Source of the DNA: an uncultured Bacilli bacterium | GTDB lineage: Bacteria; Bacillota_I; Bacilli_A; RF39; UBA660 | Direction: 5' to 3' | Assembly (NCBI GenBank): GCA_934101595.1 | Contig: CAKORR010000003.1 | Location: 105,748-169,747, forward strand | Length of the DNA stretch: 64,000 bases | Shown: positions 1 through 9,290 of the stretch, in pieces | Numbering within the stretch: the first letter of the stretch is position 1 | How the letters are laid out: each line of letters opens with the position of its first letter | Program-made: the position numbers and the translations under genes | Notes under the pieces: generated by a model | Told to the model about the DNA's origin: nothing | Seen by the model: the letters and a program-made list of their open reading frames with translations, nothing else | Databases searched by the model: none

Positions 1-53
1 CTATCTGATGGTACTGCGACTACGATTTCCACTTTAGTAATATTAACATTCAT
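1..53 (-). CDS. 5' end of an unidentified gene running off the left edge (MNVNITKVEIVVAVPSD...)
   Basis: ATG at 51-53 (minus) with GGAGA 9 nt upstream, directly after the stop of the 66..2099 gene. Only 17 codons are visible. Confidence 0.3.
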   Translation of the reverse strand, partial: MNVNITKVEIVVAVPSD

Positions 54-65
54 TAGATTATTCTC

Positions 66-2099
66 CTATCTTTTTAATGGATTATCTATTTCTTCAGAAG
101 TAGGTAACTGTCTAAAATATTTATCTTTGTTCATTAAAATTGCATTTTTTATCTCATCACTACAAACTAATTTGTCTAAATCAAAATTATAGGGTAATAA
201 AAGCCCTTCGGCACTTTTTAAACCACTCAAGTCTAAATATCCACCTAAGATTTCTGGAAACGTTAAGCCACTAGCACTCATTAGGGATTGTAAATTTAAA
301 TTTCCGCCAATCTTTTTTGGAAAAATTACGTTTTCGGCATTTTCTAAATTATATAAAAATAAGCCTTCTCCTATTGTTTCTGGAAATTTAAGGTTTTTTG
401 CACTTTCCAAATTTAGCATCATCAAACTCTCTCCAATAAAGTTTGGCAATAATAAATTATCTGCGCTTTCTAACCTATCTAAACGTAAATTTTTACCTAC
501 AAATTCAGGTAACACTATTTCACTAACACTTGTCAAATAATGCAAATCTAAATTTTCACCAACTTTTTTTGGAAAAATTACATTTTCGGCACTTTCTAGA
601 AAAAACAAATCTAAATCACCACCAACGTGTTCTGGTAATTTAAAATTTCGAGCACTTTTTAAATAACTAAAACTCACACTTCCAAAAACATACTTAGGCA
701 CTACTATACTTTCATCAGCTTTTTCTAAAAAAGGATATCGTAAACTTCCAATAACAATTTTTGGAACTTCATTCACTTTTATGCCAAAGCCACCTATAAG
801 TAAATCATCAAGCACAATTTTAAATTTTTGGGGATTCCTTTGTAACTCATCAGCAGATATGGCTACTTCATCTTCTTGAGCATTAAATATCGAAGCATAG
901 TCTCTTATTTTATTTCTGGTTGCTTTTATTTCGTCTATTCTTGGATCTTTTGCGTATCCAAAGCCTTCTATTTCACTGTCGATTTCATACAAAAATCTTA
1001 GTTCATCTATCGTAAGCTCTTCCGATACTTTGATTTTTTTATCAATTATGGTAACCAATTTCATATCATGTTCTTTTTTCATGTATTTTTCGCTATCTGG
1101 AAATTCTTTTAACTTTTCTTCTAATATTGGCACCATTTCTGGTTCCATATTTTGATTATTCGCAATGCCTCTTATTTCTCCTATACTATCTTTCCCATCC
1201 ATTCTTATGGCTATTCTTGGAATCTTAGCCTCACCTTTTTGATCCTCAGTATAGTAAACATAAAAGTCTCCATTTTCTAACTGACTTTTAGCAAAGTTCT
1301 CTCCAGCTGCTGTGCACCATCCCGTATAATATCCTTGCAATGAGTCTCTTAATATTTTGTAATCGCTGCCTTGATCATATTTTACCCATTTTCCTTTTGT
1401 TGTTATACTTTTATTATCGCCCTTTAACATACTTTGTTTTATAACATACTCGTATAATTTTTTAAAGTTTCCGCTTCCTAATGCGGATCTTATTTCTTCG
1501 TCACCCTTTTGATTCTTTATATATTCTTCCATTAAATTTATTGTTGTAAATATATATTCTCTTTCCACTGGTGGAAATGGATACACCGTTGTTTCGTCTC
1601 TTTTAGTGAATTTTCCACTTTCTTTATCATACTTGCCCAAACTTTGTAACCCTTGAAATACCCAATATTTCTCCCACATCTCATATGCTTTACTCTCTTC
1701 ATCATACAAAAAATATTCAATCCATTTATCTAATGTTTGCTTTTGATCTTCTATAACGGAATCAATCAATTCTTTTCTTCTTTTTTCATCTAAGATAATA
1801 TTTCCATATCCTCTTTCTCTGGCAAGCCTTATTTGGCTTTGAAAATAGGATTCTTTTATATTCTCTGGCTTTATTACATATAACTCATAGTAAAAACTCT
1901 TTAATAATAGTTCCGCATTTTTATTTTTCCTTTCCGAAACTTTTTTATGTATTTCTTCTAATCTATTAAAATAATTTAACATCCTCGTTGTTTTATTTTC
2001 ACTTTCTTTAGAGACATGCATAACTCTATCTGAATTGTGGATTCCTTTATACATTTTGCAAATTATTTCTATCCATTTATTCTTCATTTGTTCATTCAT
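66..2099 (-). CDS. Large protein: unassigned N-terminal domain (possibly PcfJ-like) plus C-terminal ~20-aa leucine-rich repeats
   Basis: 677-aa ORF with RBS GGGTGAG before the ATG. The C-terminus has about 9 tandem units of type L-SAENVIFPKKVGGNLDL. The motif GYYTGWCTAAGENFAKSQLENGDFYVYY...IRGIANNQN resembles the PcfJ-like core by eye. Confidence 0.6.
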   Translation of the reverse strand: MNEQMKNKWIEIICKMYKGIHNSDRVMHVSKESENKTTRMLNYFNRLEEIHKKVSERKNKNAELLLKSFYYELYVIKPENIKESYFQSQIRLARERGYGNIILDEKRRKELIDSVIEDQKQTLDKWIEYFLYDEESKAYEMWEKYWVFQGLQSLGKYDKESGKFTKRDETTVYPFPPVEREYIFTTINLMEEYIKNQKGDEEIRSALGSGNFKKLYEYVIKQSMLKGDNKSITTKGKWVKYDQGSDYKILRDSLQGYYTGWCTAAGENFAKSQLENGDFYVYYTEDQKGEAKIPRIAIRMDGKDSIGEIRGIANNQNMEPEMVPILEEKLKEFPDSEKYMKKEHDMKLVTIIDKKIKVSEELTIDELRFLYEIDSEIEGFGYAKDPRIDEIKATRNKIRDYASIFNAQEDEVAISADELQRNPQKFKIVLDDLLIGGFGIKVNEVPKIVIGSLRYPFLEKADESIVVPKYVFGSVSFSYLKSARNFKLPEHVGGDLDLFFLESAENVIFPKKVGENLDLHYLTSVSEIVLPEFVGKNLRLDRLESADNLLLPNFIGESLMMLNLESAKNLKFPETIGEGLFLYNLENAENVIFPKKIGGNLNLQSLMSASGLTFPEILGGYLDLSGLKSAEGLLLPYNFDLDKLVCSDEIKNAILMNKDKYFRQLPTSEEIDNPLKR
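150..720 (-). repeat. Tandem ~60-bp coding repeats (20-aa LRR-like units) inside the 66..2099 gene
   Basis: Near-identical DNA blocks, e.g. ttttttggaaaaattacgttttcggca (about 311-340) and ttttttggaaaaattacattttcggca (about 566-595). The protein shows a 20-residue period. Confidence 0.7.
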
Positions 2100-2161
2100 C
2101 TTATCTCACCCTATTATATAATATCATAAAAAATAGCCTATTACATGAATAAGCTATAATT

Positions 2162-2725
2162 TTATTTATATAATCTGATTACTTGATATTCAGTTACTTC
2201 TCCGTTTTTTACATAACTAACGGATATACCTTTACCATTATTGGCATTTTTTTTAGCATTTGATAAAGTTTTCGCCTCATTCATTAGGTAATCTATATCA
2301 GAATCCGTTAATTTATCATTATTAGCTTTTATCAAAGCTTTAACATAATTAAGAGCAACACCATCGTTCTTAGAATAATGAATAGTCATAATTTTAGTAA
2401 TGTCATCTTTTTTATTTCCACTATAATTTTCAGGTTTTACGTATAAATAGATACCATCAAGTAAACTATACCAATATAAATTATTATCTGTCATCATATA
2501 TTCATCGCTTGCTGGACTTATTATATTCGCTTTCATAACTTGCGTATTAAATTTAGCAACGCTTATCTCCACCGTTTCCTTTTCAACACTACCATATTTT
2601 AAAATAGTGTTATTTAGGGATTCATTTTGCTTCTCTAAATCCTTATTTAAATAAAATTTTAATCCAAGGTAGCCTCCTCCTAAAACTAAAACTGCAAATA
2701 AACAAATTATTACACTTTTTTTCAT
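2162..2725 (-). CDS. Membrane-anchored hypothetical protein
   Basis: ORF with N-terminal TM/signal segment (SVIICLFAVLVLGGGYLGL). The second ATG (2725) has better spacing to GGAAGG than the track start at 2734. Confidence 0.55.
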   Translation of the reverse strand: MKKSVIICLFAVLVLGGGYLGLKFYLNKDLEKQNESLNNTILKYGSVEKETVEISVAKFNTQVMKANIISPASDEYMMTDNNLYWYSLLDGIYLYVKPENYSGNKKDDITKIMTIHYSKNDGVALNYVKALIKANNDKLTDSDIDYLMNEAKTLSNAKKNANNGKGISVSYVKNGEVTEYQVIRLYK

Positions 2726-2948
2726 ATACTTCATTCCTTCCTTTTCTTATCTACTTCAGCTTATTTTTGACCAATTATATAACACGCAGTGTCATATATT
2801 TATTATATCAAATACCGTTACTATAATATTATCGGTTTTATTTATATATAACTTTACCACTATAACTATCACAATATATGTCTTTTTTTCATTATACCAT
2901 TATTTAAAAAATATTAATACTTTTTATGATTAAAAACAAACCAGCTAA

Positions 2949-2977
2949 TTGACAACGTCCCTTACAAGTGCTAGTAT
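2949..2977 (+). promoter_or_regulatory. Candidate sigma-A promoter for the amidoligase gene
   Basis: TTGACA (2949-2954), 17-nt spacer, TAGTAT (2972-2977). RBS AGAGGA lies 8 nt before the ATG at 3008. Confidence 0.4.
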
Positions 2978-3007
2978 AAAAAACTAAACTTATAGAGGAT
3001 TTATGCT

Positions 3008-4012
3008 ATGAAAAAAATAAACAATAATTCAATCTTTTCTTATCTTAAAGCTAGTGATAATGAAATGTTTTCAAAACTAAGCATCCGAGATCAAAATGAC
3101 ATATTTATGTTATTGGATAAATTTTACCTTATACTGAGAGACAACTTAGGCTTAGATGATTACATTACATTTGGATTAGAATTAGAACATGAACATGCCA
3201 AAGAAAAGTTAATTGAAGAAAATCTTTTAAAAATTGGATTACTAGGCAATTGGGATTTAGGGAAAGATTCATCGCTTAATTTTGGTGGAGAACTGCACAC
3301 CCCCATTTTAAGAGATAAATTAGAATCCTGGGAAGAACTAGATAAGGCTTGCAAAATTTTACGAAAATATTCAAAAATCGGGCCCAATTCCGGTGGACAT
3401 GTACATATTGGAACACAAGCCCTTGGATTTGAATATAAATCTTGGCTTAAATTTTTAAAAATATGGGCTGGATATGAAAATATAATATATCGATTTTCTT
3501 ATGGCACCTTTTTATCAGGCAGGCCAAATATAGATTTATATGCTGAAGATATAGCTCTTTATTTTAAAGAGGTTTTTGAAAAGTTTCATGATAAAGATTT
3601 AACATATCGCGATATAACCCATGAACTTAGATATGCTAGTGAATACGGCGTTAATTTAATAAATGTATCAAGTGATAGTATATTTAAAGAAGGTAATACC
3701 ATAGAATTCAGATGTCCTAATGGAACTTTAGATCCTGTTATTTGGCAAAATTATGTTAATTTATTTACTAAGCTATTATTATATTGTAAAAGTAATGACT
3801 ATAATAATAACATTGTAGATGAACGTTTTAATGAAGTTCAAGGTAATAGCAAAATGCCATATAATAAAATATATTTAGAACAAGCATTAGAATTTGCAGA
3901 TTTAATATTTAACAATAATATTGATAAAATTTATTTTCTAAGACAATACCTTAAATCATTTGAATCTAGTGAGATCCCTTTAAAAAAAGCTAAAAAATTT
4001 ATAAAAAATTAA
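3008..4012 (+). CDS. Putative amidoligase (Amidoligase_2 / GCS2-glutamine-synthetase-like fold)
   Basis: Motifs FGLELEHEH, GGELHTPIL, GGHVHIG and NTIEFRCPNGTLDP match the predicted amidoligase family pattern. Confidence 0.6.
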   Translation: MKKINNNSIFSYLKASDNEMFSKLSIRDQNDIFMLLDKFYLILRDNLGLDDYITFGLELEHEHAKEKLIEENLLKIGLLGNWDLGKDSSLNFGGELHTPILRDKLESWEELDKACKILRKYSKIGPNSGGHVHIGTQALGFEYKSWLKFLKIWAGYENIIYRFSYGTFLSGRPNIDLYAEDIALYFKEVFEKFHDKDLTYRDITHELRYASEYGVNLINVSSDSIFKEGNTIEFRCPNGTLDPVIWQNYVNLFTKLLLYCKSNDYNNNIVDERFNEVQGNSKMPYNKIYLEQALEFADLIFNNNIDKIYFLRQYLKSFESSEIPLKKAKKFIKN

Positions 4013-4082
4013 TAACTATTATTTACAATCTTGAAATATTTTTTTAAGAATAATATAATTATTTTGAAAGTAAGGAGTATGT

Positions 4083-5390
4083 ATGAAAAAGAATAAGAAA
4101 AAGCAAATAATTATAGCAATAATTTTAATTGTGTTATTAGCCTCCGGTATATTAACATATGTTATTTTAAAAAAGCCGAAAAATAGCAATAATATTACTG
4201 AGAAAAAGGAAAATGTTAATAACGATAAGGATCAAAAGGAATACAAAATAAAAGATCAAGTTGATATTGAAATAATGCAAAACATCTTAAAAATAAATGA
4301 TTTTTTTGATCAAATTGATAACGCTTCTAATTACGTAATTTCTTATTATGAAAATAATAACAAAGTTGATTTTACTGATAAATATAATATAGTTGGTAAA
4401 TATAAGGTTGTAATAAAAATTAATGATAAAGAATATACTACAACGCTTAATGTGATTGATAAAACTGCCCCAGATTTAACGGTTAAAGATTTAACAATCA
4501 ATGAAAAAGACGGATATAATGTTAACAGTTTTGTAAAAAGTTGTACTGATAATAGTCAAAAAGAATGTATCTTATCTTTTGAAGATAATAAAACATATAA
4601 TTCGGCAGGAACATATGAAGTTAATATTATAGCCAAAGATGATAGTGGTAACGAAACCAAGAAAAAAGCTAAATTAATTATTAATAAAAAAACTGTCAAT
4701 GTAAATTCTAAACCTAATACCAAAAATGACAATAAGGCAAATAATAACACAACTACGAATAATACCAATAACAGCAAGAGCAATAACAACAAAGTAACAT
4801 TTGTAAAAGATGAAACTGAGACAGAACAAGAAACTAAAGATTTAAAGTATGGCGTAAAGCTAAATGTATGGCATACCAAAAAGTATAAATTATATAGTGA
4901 TGGTTCTAAAAAATTGGTAAATGAATACACTCATTCTGAGTTAGATAGTACTAATTTTAATGCTAAAACTAGTGACATGGTTCCAGAAGCAGTTGAAAAC
5001 ATGTCTACTTACAAAGCTATGGTTGATGGTGTATTAAACTATACTAATAGTTTTAGAAGCGAAGTTGGTAAAGAGCCCCTAACACTTGATAATGATTTAA
5101 CAAAAGCTGCAATGGTAAGAGCGATTGAAATGGCATATTCTAAAAAATTTTCTCATGATAGGCCTGATGGTTCAAATTGCTTTTCAGTCTTAAAAGATTT
5201 AGGAATTAATATTTATTTTAGTGGTGAAAATATTGCTATGGGTCAAAGAAGTGCCGAAGAAGTTGCAAATGATTGGAAAGGATCTCAAGGCCATTATGAA
5301 AATATGATTAATCCATCATTCACTAAAATAGGAATCGGCGTAATTAAATTACAAAGATCATATTATTGGGTACAAATGTTTTCAAATTAA
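4083..5390 (+). CDS. Membrane-anchored CAP/SCP (YkwD-like) domain protein with Asn/Thr-rich linker
   Basis: N-terminal TM segment, N-rich linker, and C-terminal FSHDRPDG...GENIAMG...GHYENMINPSFTKIGIGV typical of the CAP/SCP domain. Confidence 0.8.
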   Translation: MKKNKKKQIIIAIILIVLLASGILTYVILKKPKNSNNITEKKENVNNDKDQKEYKIKDQVDIEIMQNILKINDFFDQIDNASNYVISYYENNNKVDFTDKYNIVGKYKVVIKINDKEYTTTLNVIDKTAPDLTVKDLTINEKDGYNVNSFVKSCTDNSQKECILSFEDNKTYNSAGTYEVNIIAKDDSGNETKKKAKLIINKKTVNVNSKPNTKNDNKANNNTTTNNTNNSKSNNNKVTFVKDETETEQETKDLKYGVKLNVWHTKKYKLYSDGSKKLVNEYTHSELDSTNFNAKTSDMVPEAVENMSTYKAMVDGVLNYTNSFRSEVGKEPLTLDNDLTKAAMVRAIEMAYSKKFSHDRPDGSNCFSVLKDLGINIYFSGENIAMGQRSAEEVANDWKGSQGHYENMINPSFTKIGIGVIKLQRSYYWVQMFSN

Positions 5391-5391
5391 A

Positions 5392-5415
5392 AGATTAGAA
5401 ATTCTAATCTTTTTT
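5392..5415. terminator. Bidirectional intrinsic terminator between convergent genes
   Basis: AGATTAG-aaatt-CTAATCT hairpin flanked by A-run and T-run, between the stops at 5390 (+) and 5417 (-). Confidence 0.6.
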
Positions 5416-5416
5416 G

Positions 5417-6028
5417 TTATTCTAATTGTCCTGGACGTTTTTTCTTTTTCTTAGGAGGAAACTTCTTATCAAAATCTCTAACCTCTTCTTCACTAACGTT
5501 ATAACAAGAAGGATCTTTATAATATCCTCCTTTTATCTTAAACGTTTCTTCATCTAAAATGCAAATCATAAAATATGGGGCATCATCTAAAGTATTAGTT
5601 CCCTCATAATAAATATTGTAATTTGAGGCACTAACAAATCCAAATCTTTTATAGTAATCTGGATTGCCTGTAATAATAATTGCACTATATCCAAGCTCTT
5701 TAGCTTTTTCCATGGTATATTCTATTAGCTTAGCACCATAACCTTTTTTCTGGTATTCGGGCAAAACACTGACAGGTCCAAACGTCAATATGTTTTTTTT
5801 CTCACCATTTTTTAGATTTATAGTACCTTCCGCATAAACTATATTTGCTATTATCTTATTATCTTCTACAATAATATAATCTAGATCTTTTACAAACGAT
5901 TTATCATTTCTCAATTTGTGAACAACTAGATGCTCAAAACAACCAGGTCTATAGACATTAAAAAAAGCCTCTCTCGTTAAATTTTCAGTTTCTTCAAAAT
6001 CTTTTTGCTCTTCTCTTCTAATAATCAT
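5417..6028 (-). CDS. GNAT family N-acetyltransferase
   Basis: QKKGYGAKLIEYTMEKAKELGYSAIIITGNPDYYKRFGF acetyl-CoA binding motif. RBS GAGGT. Confidence 0.8.
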   Translation of the reverse strand: MIIRREEQKDFEETENLTREAFFNVYRPGCFEHLVVHKLRNDKSFVKDLDYIIVEDNKIIANIVYAEGTINLKNGEKKNILTFGPVSVLPEYQKKGYGAKLIEYTMEKAKELGYSAIIITGNPDYYKRFGFVSASNYNIYYEGTNTLDDAPYFMICILDEETFKIKGGYYKDPSCYNVSEEEVRDFDKKFPPKKKKKRPGQLE

Positions 6029-6069
6029 ATCTTACCTCGCTTTTATAATAACATTATTAGCAATAACTA

Positions 6070-6963
6070 TCAATGCAAGCGGTTACTTTTTACGGCTAAA
6101 ACATACGATACAGATTTTGGAGCTTTAATTTTATGCCTTGGATTAAGTAAATTATATTTGTCTAAATATGTTATGTTCATATCTTCTTCATTCATATGTT
6201 CATATATTAAAAAGCCATTATTACTTAACATCTCTTCAATTTCATCATATGTATATTTTGATTTCATTTCTTCCTTAGCAGAGTACGCCAATTTTTCATT
6301 TTGTGTTGCTTCGATGCTGTATACATTATTTTGATAATCAAAAACTATACTACTATTATGACAAATTATATTAGATAACTTGCTTAAGAGATTTGAGAAT
6401 TCTTCTTTAGATAAATAATATGATATACCAAGTAAACTAACAAAGGCTTCCTTGTCATTATTAAACGTACTATTTAATAAAGCATTTTCTAAATCTTCGT
6501 TATTAAAATCGCATTTCAGATATTCAACTAGCGCATCACTTTTTAGATTTTTCACTCTTTTTATTTTATCTAAAATAATTGCGGGTTTATCTATTTCATA
6601 AACTTTTAAATTTTTAAATTTATTTCTATAAGCAAATGTGTCATAACCTGATGCAAGAATAATATATTGTTCACAATTAAATCTAACTCTGTTTGACAAA
6701 GCATGTTCGCAAAATGAACTTCTTAAAAGTACTGATGGCGATATTTTATTATCAACTATCCATCTTAACGGATCATCTATTTTTAATGATGGTTGATTAA
6801 AAAAGGAAATGCCTTGAACTAAAGAATCTGATATTAATTTATACTCCTCTTCAGTTAATATTTCTTGTGCTAAATTATCACTAAATATTCGATATTTATT
6901 GTTTTTATAATGATAAGCTCTAGCAAATGTACATACTAATGCTGTCATGTTATTTAAATCCAT
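6070..6963 (-). CDS. Class I SAM-dependent methyltransferase (LCM / O-methyltransferase-like)
   Basis: ILASGYDTFAYR motif. Start moved to ATG 6963 (MDLNNMTALV), preceded by GAGGTG. The track start at 7026 has no RBS. Confidence 0.7.
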   Translation of the reverse strand: MDLNNMTALVCTFARAYHYKNNKYRIFSDNLAQEILTEEEYKLISDSLVQGISFFNQPSLKIDDPLRWIVDNKISPSVLLRSSFCEHALSNRVRFNCEQYIILASGYDTFAYRNKFKNLKVYEIDKPAIILDKIKRVKNLKSDALVEYLKCDFNNEDLENALLNSTFNNDKEAFVSLLGISYYLSKEEFSNLLSKLSNIICHNSSIVFDYQNNVYSIEATQNEKLAYSAKEEMKSKYTYDEIEEMLSNNGFLIYEHMNEEDMNITYLDKYNLLNPRHKIKAPKSVSYVLAVKSNRLH

Positions 6964-7054
6964 ATTTTCACCTCTAATACTTATTACTACAAAAATTGTT
7001 TTTTTACAATCTTGAAAAATTAGCAATTTTATGGTAATATAAGACTGTAATTTG

Positions 7055-7089
7055 AAAAAAATGTAAGCAAATACTGCTTACATTTTTTA
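7055..7089. terminator. Intrinsic terminator (9-bp stem) downstream of the 7091..7663 gene
   Basis: ATGTAAGCA-aatac-TGCTTACAT (7061-7083) flanked by an A-run and a T-run. Confidence 0.65.
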
Positions 7090-7090
7090 T

Positions 7091-7663
7091 TTAATTATTC
7101 TTTTTTCTAGTTTTAATTACTGGAATATTTATTTTTAACGATTCAATAAAATGATCCGCTAATTCATCAATATCCTCTTTTTTTAAATCCTGGATATCTT
7201 TTTCAAGCACTAAATTAATAAAATCTTGTAAATATTCGTTTTCTTCCTTAAACATATCGCCAGAAATTTTAACTGTACACAAATCTTCTAGTGCCTTTAA
7301 TATTTCTTCTTTACTATAAAATAAACAATCCCAACTGCTTAGTCCACTCGTTTTATATAAGAATATATCATCACTAGAAAAAAGTTTGGCAAGCTTCTCT
7401 TTCTCGAAATTCGTAATTAATTCATCCATAACCCTATGGTTTTTATCGTACATATTTTCATGATCACTTTTAATTATAATACCACACAAATACTCACGAT
7501 GTATTGTTCCTGGATAGTCTACATCAATTTCTAAAAAATCAACTCCAATACTTTTTTCCAAGTATATATATTCTTCATTAGTGACCGCACTTTTTATTTT
7601 AGCTAAAGCGGGACCGATTACTAAACCTTTTATTTCTTTATTATCTTTAAAATTATTATCCAT
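7091..7663 (-). CDS. Hypothetical cytoplasmic protein
   Basis: 190-aa ORF with GGAGG RBS. No family recognised. Confidence 0.55.
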   Translation of the reverse strand: MDNNFKDNKEIKGLVIGPALAKIKSAVTNEEYIYLEKSIGVDFLEIDVDYPGTIHREYLCGIIIKSDHENMYDKNHRVMDELITNFEKEKLAKLFSSDDIFLYKTSGLSSWDCLFYSKEEILKALEDLCTVKISGDMFKEENEYLQDFINLVLEKDIQDLKKEDIDELADHFIESLKINIPVIKTRKKNN

Positions 7664-7740
7664 ATTTCCTCCAAGAAGAAAATATCACAAATCTAATTTT
7701 TAATCTAATACATTTTTTTTATATTATCCATTATTAATTT

Positions 7741-9054
7741 TTATGGATTTAATCTATTTGGCCCTCTAAATATAAATTGAGCTTCTTTAATAGATAAACC
7801 TAGCAAAAGCATTGTCATTCTATCAACACCAATAGCAAAGCCACCATGTGGAGGGCAACCATATTTAAAGAATTGTAGATAAAACATAACATCTTTTCCC
7901 AAGTTCTTTTCATTAGCATTTTTTACTAATTCTTCATATCTATGTTCTCTTTGAGCTCCGGAAGTTATTTCAGTTCCTCTCCATATTAAATCATATCCTT
8001 GTAATTTACCATTTTCATCTCTCATATGATAAAATGGCCTTTTGGTAGCAGCATAATCTACCACGAACATAAATTCTGAATTATATTTTTCTTTAGCAAG
8101 TCTATAAGTTAACTTTTCAGCTTCAGCATTCATATCTCCAATATCATGTTCAGGTATTTGAAAACCATAATTTTTATTTAATTCTTCGTATAAATCTTTT
8201 AAACGTATTCTAGGAAACGGCTTAGTAGGGATTATTATTTCTTTATCAAATAATTCTTTAATCTTTTCTCCGTAGCGTTCTTTAACAAGCGTAAGACCCG
8301 CAATTAGCAAATCCTCTTCAAAATCCATTACATCTTCGTATGAATCTATATACGAAAATTCTAAATCAAATGATGTAAATTCAGTAGCATGTCTATTAGT
8401 ATTTGAATTTTCGGCTCTAAAACAAGGTGCTACCTCAAAAACTTTGGACATTCCTGCAGCAATAGCCATCTGTTTATAAAATTGAGGACTTTGAGCTAAA
8501 TAGGCATCTCTATCAAAATATTTTACCTTGAATACTTCACTACCTGATTCACTAGCTGCACCTATCAACTTTGGAGTATGTATTTCTGTAAAATCATTTT
8601 CATATAAAAATTTGCGCATTGCCTCAACAAAACATGACTCAACTTGTCTAGCAAGCATATTTTTATCATTTCTTATATCTAACCATCTATAATCCAGTCT
8701 AGTATCTATGTTAACTCCATCAAGATTATTATAATCAAATGGTAGTGGTAAAGCATTAGAAGTCACCTCTATCTTTTCTGGTATAATCTCTACACCACCT
8801 AATTTAACAGCTTCATTTGATTTTAATAATCCCTCAACTTTAATAGTACTTTCTACTGTAATATTGTTCATTATTTCAAGTAAAGCTTGATTTTTTTCTT
8901 CACTTTTTTCTATAGTCATTTGAACTTTTCCAGTACTATCTCTTAAAATTACAAACATTACCCACTTTTTATCTCTAATAGCATCGACAAATCCACTAAA
9001 AGATATTTCTTTTTCTAAATAATTTTGTAAATCTTTTACATATACTTTTTTCAT
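7741..9054 (-). CDS. aspS: Aspartate--tRNA ligase, archaeal/type-2 form (possibly non-discriminating)
   Basis: Class II motifs FRAENSNTNRHATEFTSFDLEF and GGFAIGVDRM, and a C-terminal ...FRGPNRLNP ending typical of type-2 AspRS. The T-box leader carries a candidate GAC specifier. Confidence 0.8.
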   Translation of the reverse strand: MKKVYVKDLQNYLEKEISFSGFVDAIRDKKWVMFVILRDSTGKVQMTIEKSEEKNQALLEIMNNITVESTIKVEGLLKSNEAVKLGGVEIIPEKIEVTSNALPLPFDYNNLDGVNIDTRLDYRWLDIRNDKNMLARQVESCFVEAMRKFLYENDFTEIHTPKLIGAASESGSEVFKVKYFDRDAYLAQSPQFYKQMAIAAGMSKVFEVAPCFRAENSNTNRHATEFTSFDLEFSYIDSYEDVMDFEEDLLIAGLTLVKERYGEKIKELFDKEIIIPTKPFPRIRLKDLYEELNKNYGFQIPEHDIGDMNAEAEKLTYRLAKEKYNSEFMFVVDYAATKRPFYHMRDENGKLQGYDLIWRGTEITSGAQREHRYEELVKNANEKNLGKDVMFYLQFFKYGCPPHGGFAIGVDRMTMLLLGLSIKEAQFIFRGPNRLNP

Positions 9055-9061
9055 ATTTCCT

Positions 9062-9240
9062 CCTATAAAAAAAATCTATTCCTCAAGGACGTATTACCGT
9101 GGTGCCACCTTGATTCATAGATTAATCTACCTTTTTACCTATAACGCGGTTAACGATTATTCTTAAGCTTAATGTCTTTCTATATAAATCATTATTAGTT
9201 TACACCCACCACTAACTCTCTTTAAACTATTTATATATAC
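9062..9240 (-). promoter_or_regulatory. T-box riboswitch leader with terminator, candidate Asp (GAC) specifier
   Basis: On the minus strand: AGAGAG...GTGGTGGGTG (stem I features), GAAAGACA (GAC at 9174-9176), T-box core GGTGGCACCACGG (9097-9109). The terminator is CTAT-gaa-TCAAGG...CCTTGA-gga-ATAG followed by T8 (9067-9074). Confidence 0.8.
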
Positions 9241-9262
9241 TCCTTTAAGCAAATACAATTAT

Positions 9263-9290
9263 AGTATACCATATTTTCCTAAAATATCAA
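9263..9290 (-). promoter_or_regulatory. Candidate promoter of the T-box/aspS unit
   Basis: TTGATA (9285-9290), 16-nt spacer, extended -10 TGgTATACT (-10 hexamer at 9263-9268). Confidence 0.45.

Noticed and set aside
1538-1720. Many 60-136-aa ORFs in the track lie antisense to, or embedded in, longer genes. Examples: 1538..1720, 3160..3387, 4556..4930, 6005..6334, 10012..10296, 12646..12906, 13183..13377, 18111..18473, 19471..19698, 20293..20502, 21014..21244, 21512..21700, 22736..22948, 25971..26267, 26583..26765, 28421..28606, 30410..30766, 31089..31289, 33910..34164, 35366..35563, 38752..38949, 39483..39686, 39891..40301, 40482..40697, 41732..41944, 43808..44152, 46516..46731, 46779..46985, 47121..47315, 47675..47962, 48846..49136, 49869..50114, 51303..51539, 56149..56385, 59381..59602, 60542..60850, 61857..62258.
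   Set aside because: Each overlaps a longer ORF with clear family motifs or an RBS. Their sequences are low-complexity (S/F/L/I-rich), as expected from reading AT-rich genes on the opposite strand, and none has a convincing RBS. They are treated as non-coding shadows.
4690-4800. Possible repeat array or CRISPR-like periodicity in the Asn/Thr-rich stretch (aataataacacaactacgaataataccaataac...).
   Set aside because: It is in-frame low-complexity coding sequence (NNTTTNNTNNSKSNNN linker) within the CAP-domain protein. There is no regular repeat-spacer structure. No CRISPR array was seen anywhere in the window.
7741-9054. Calling this class II synthetase asparaginyl-tRNA synthetase (asnS).
   Set aside because: The C-terminal ...RLNP ending and EFTSFDLE motif fit type-2 AspRS better. 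The leader's best specifier candidate is GAC (Asp). AsnRS is not fully excluded without a profile search.
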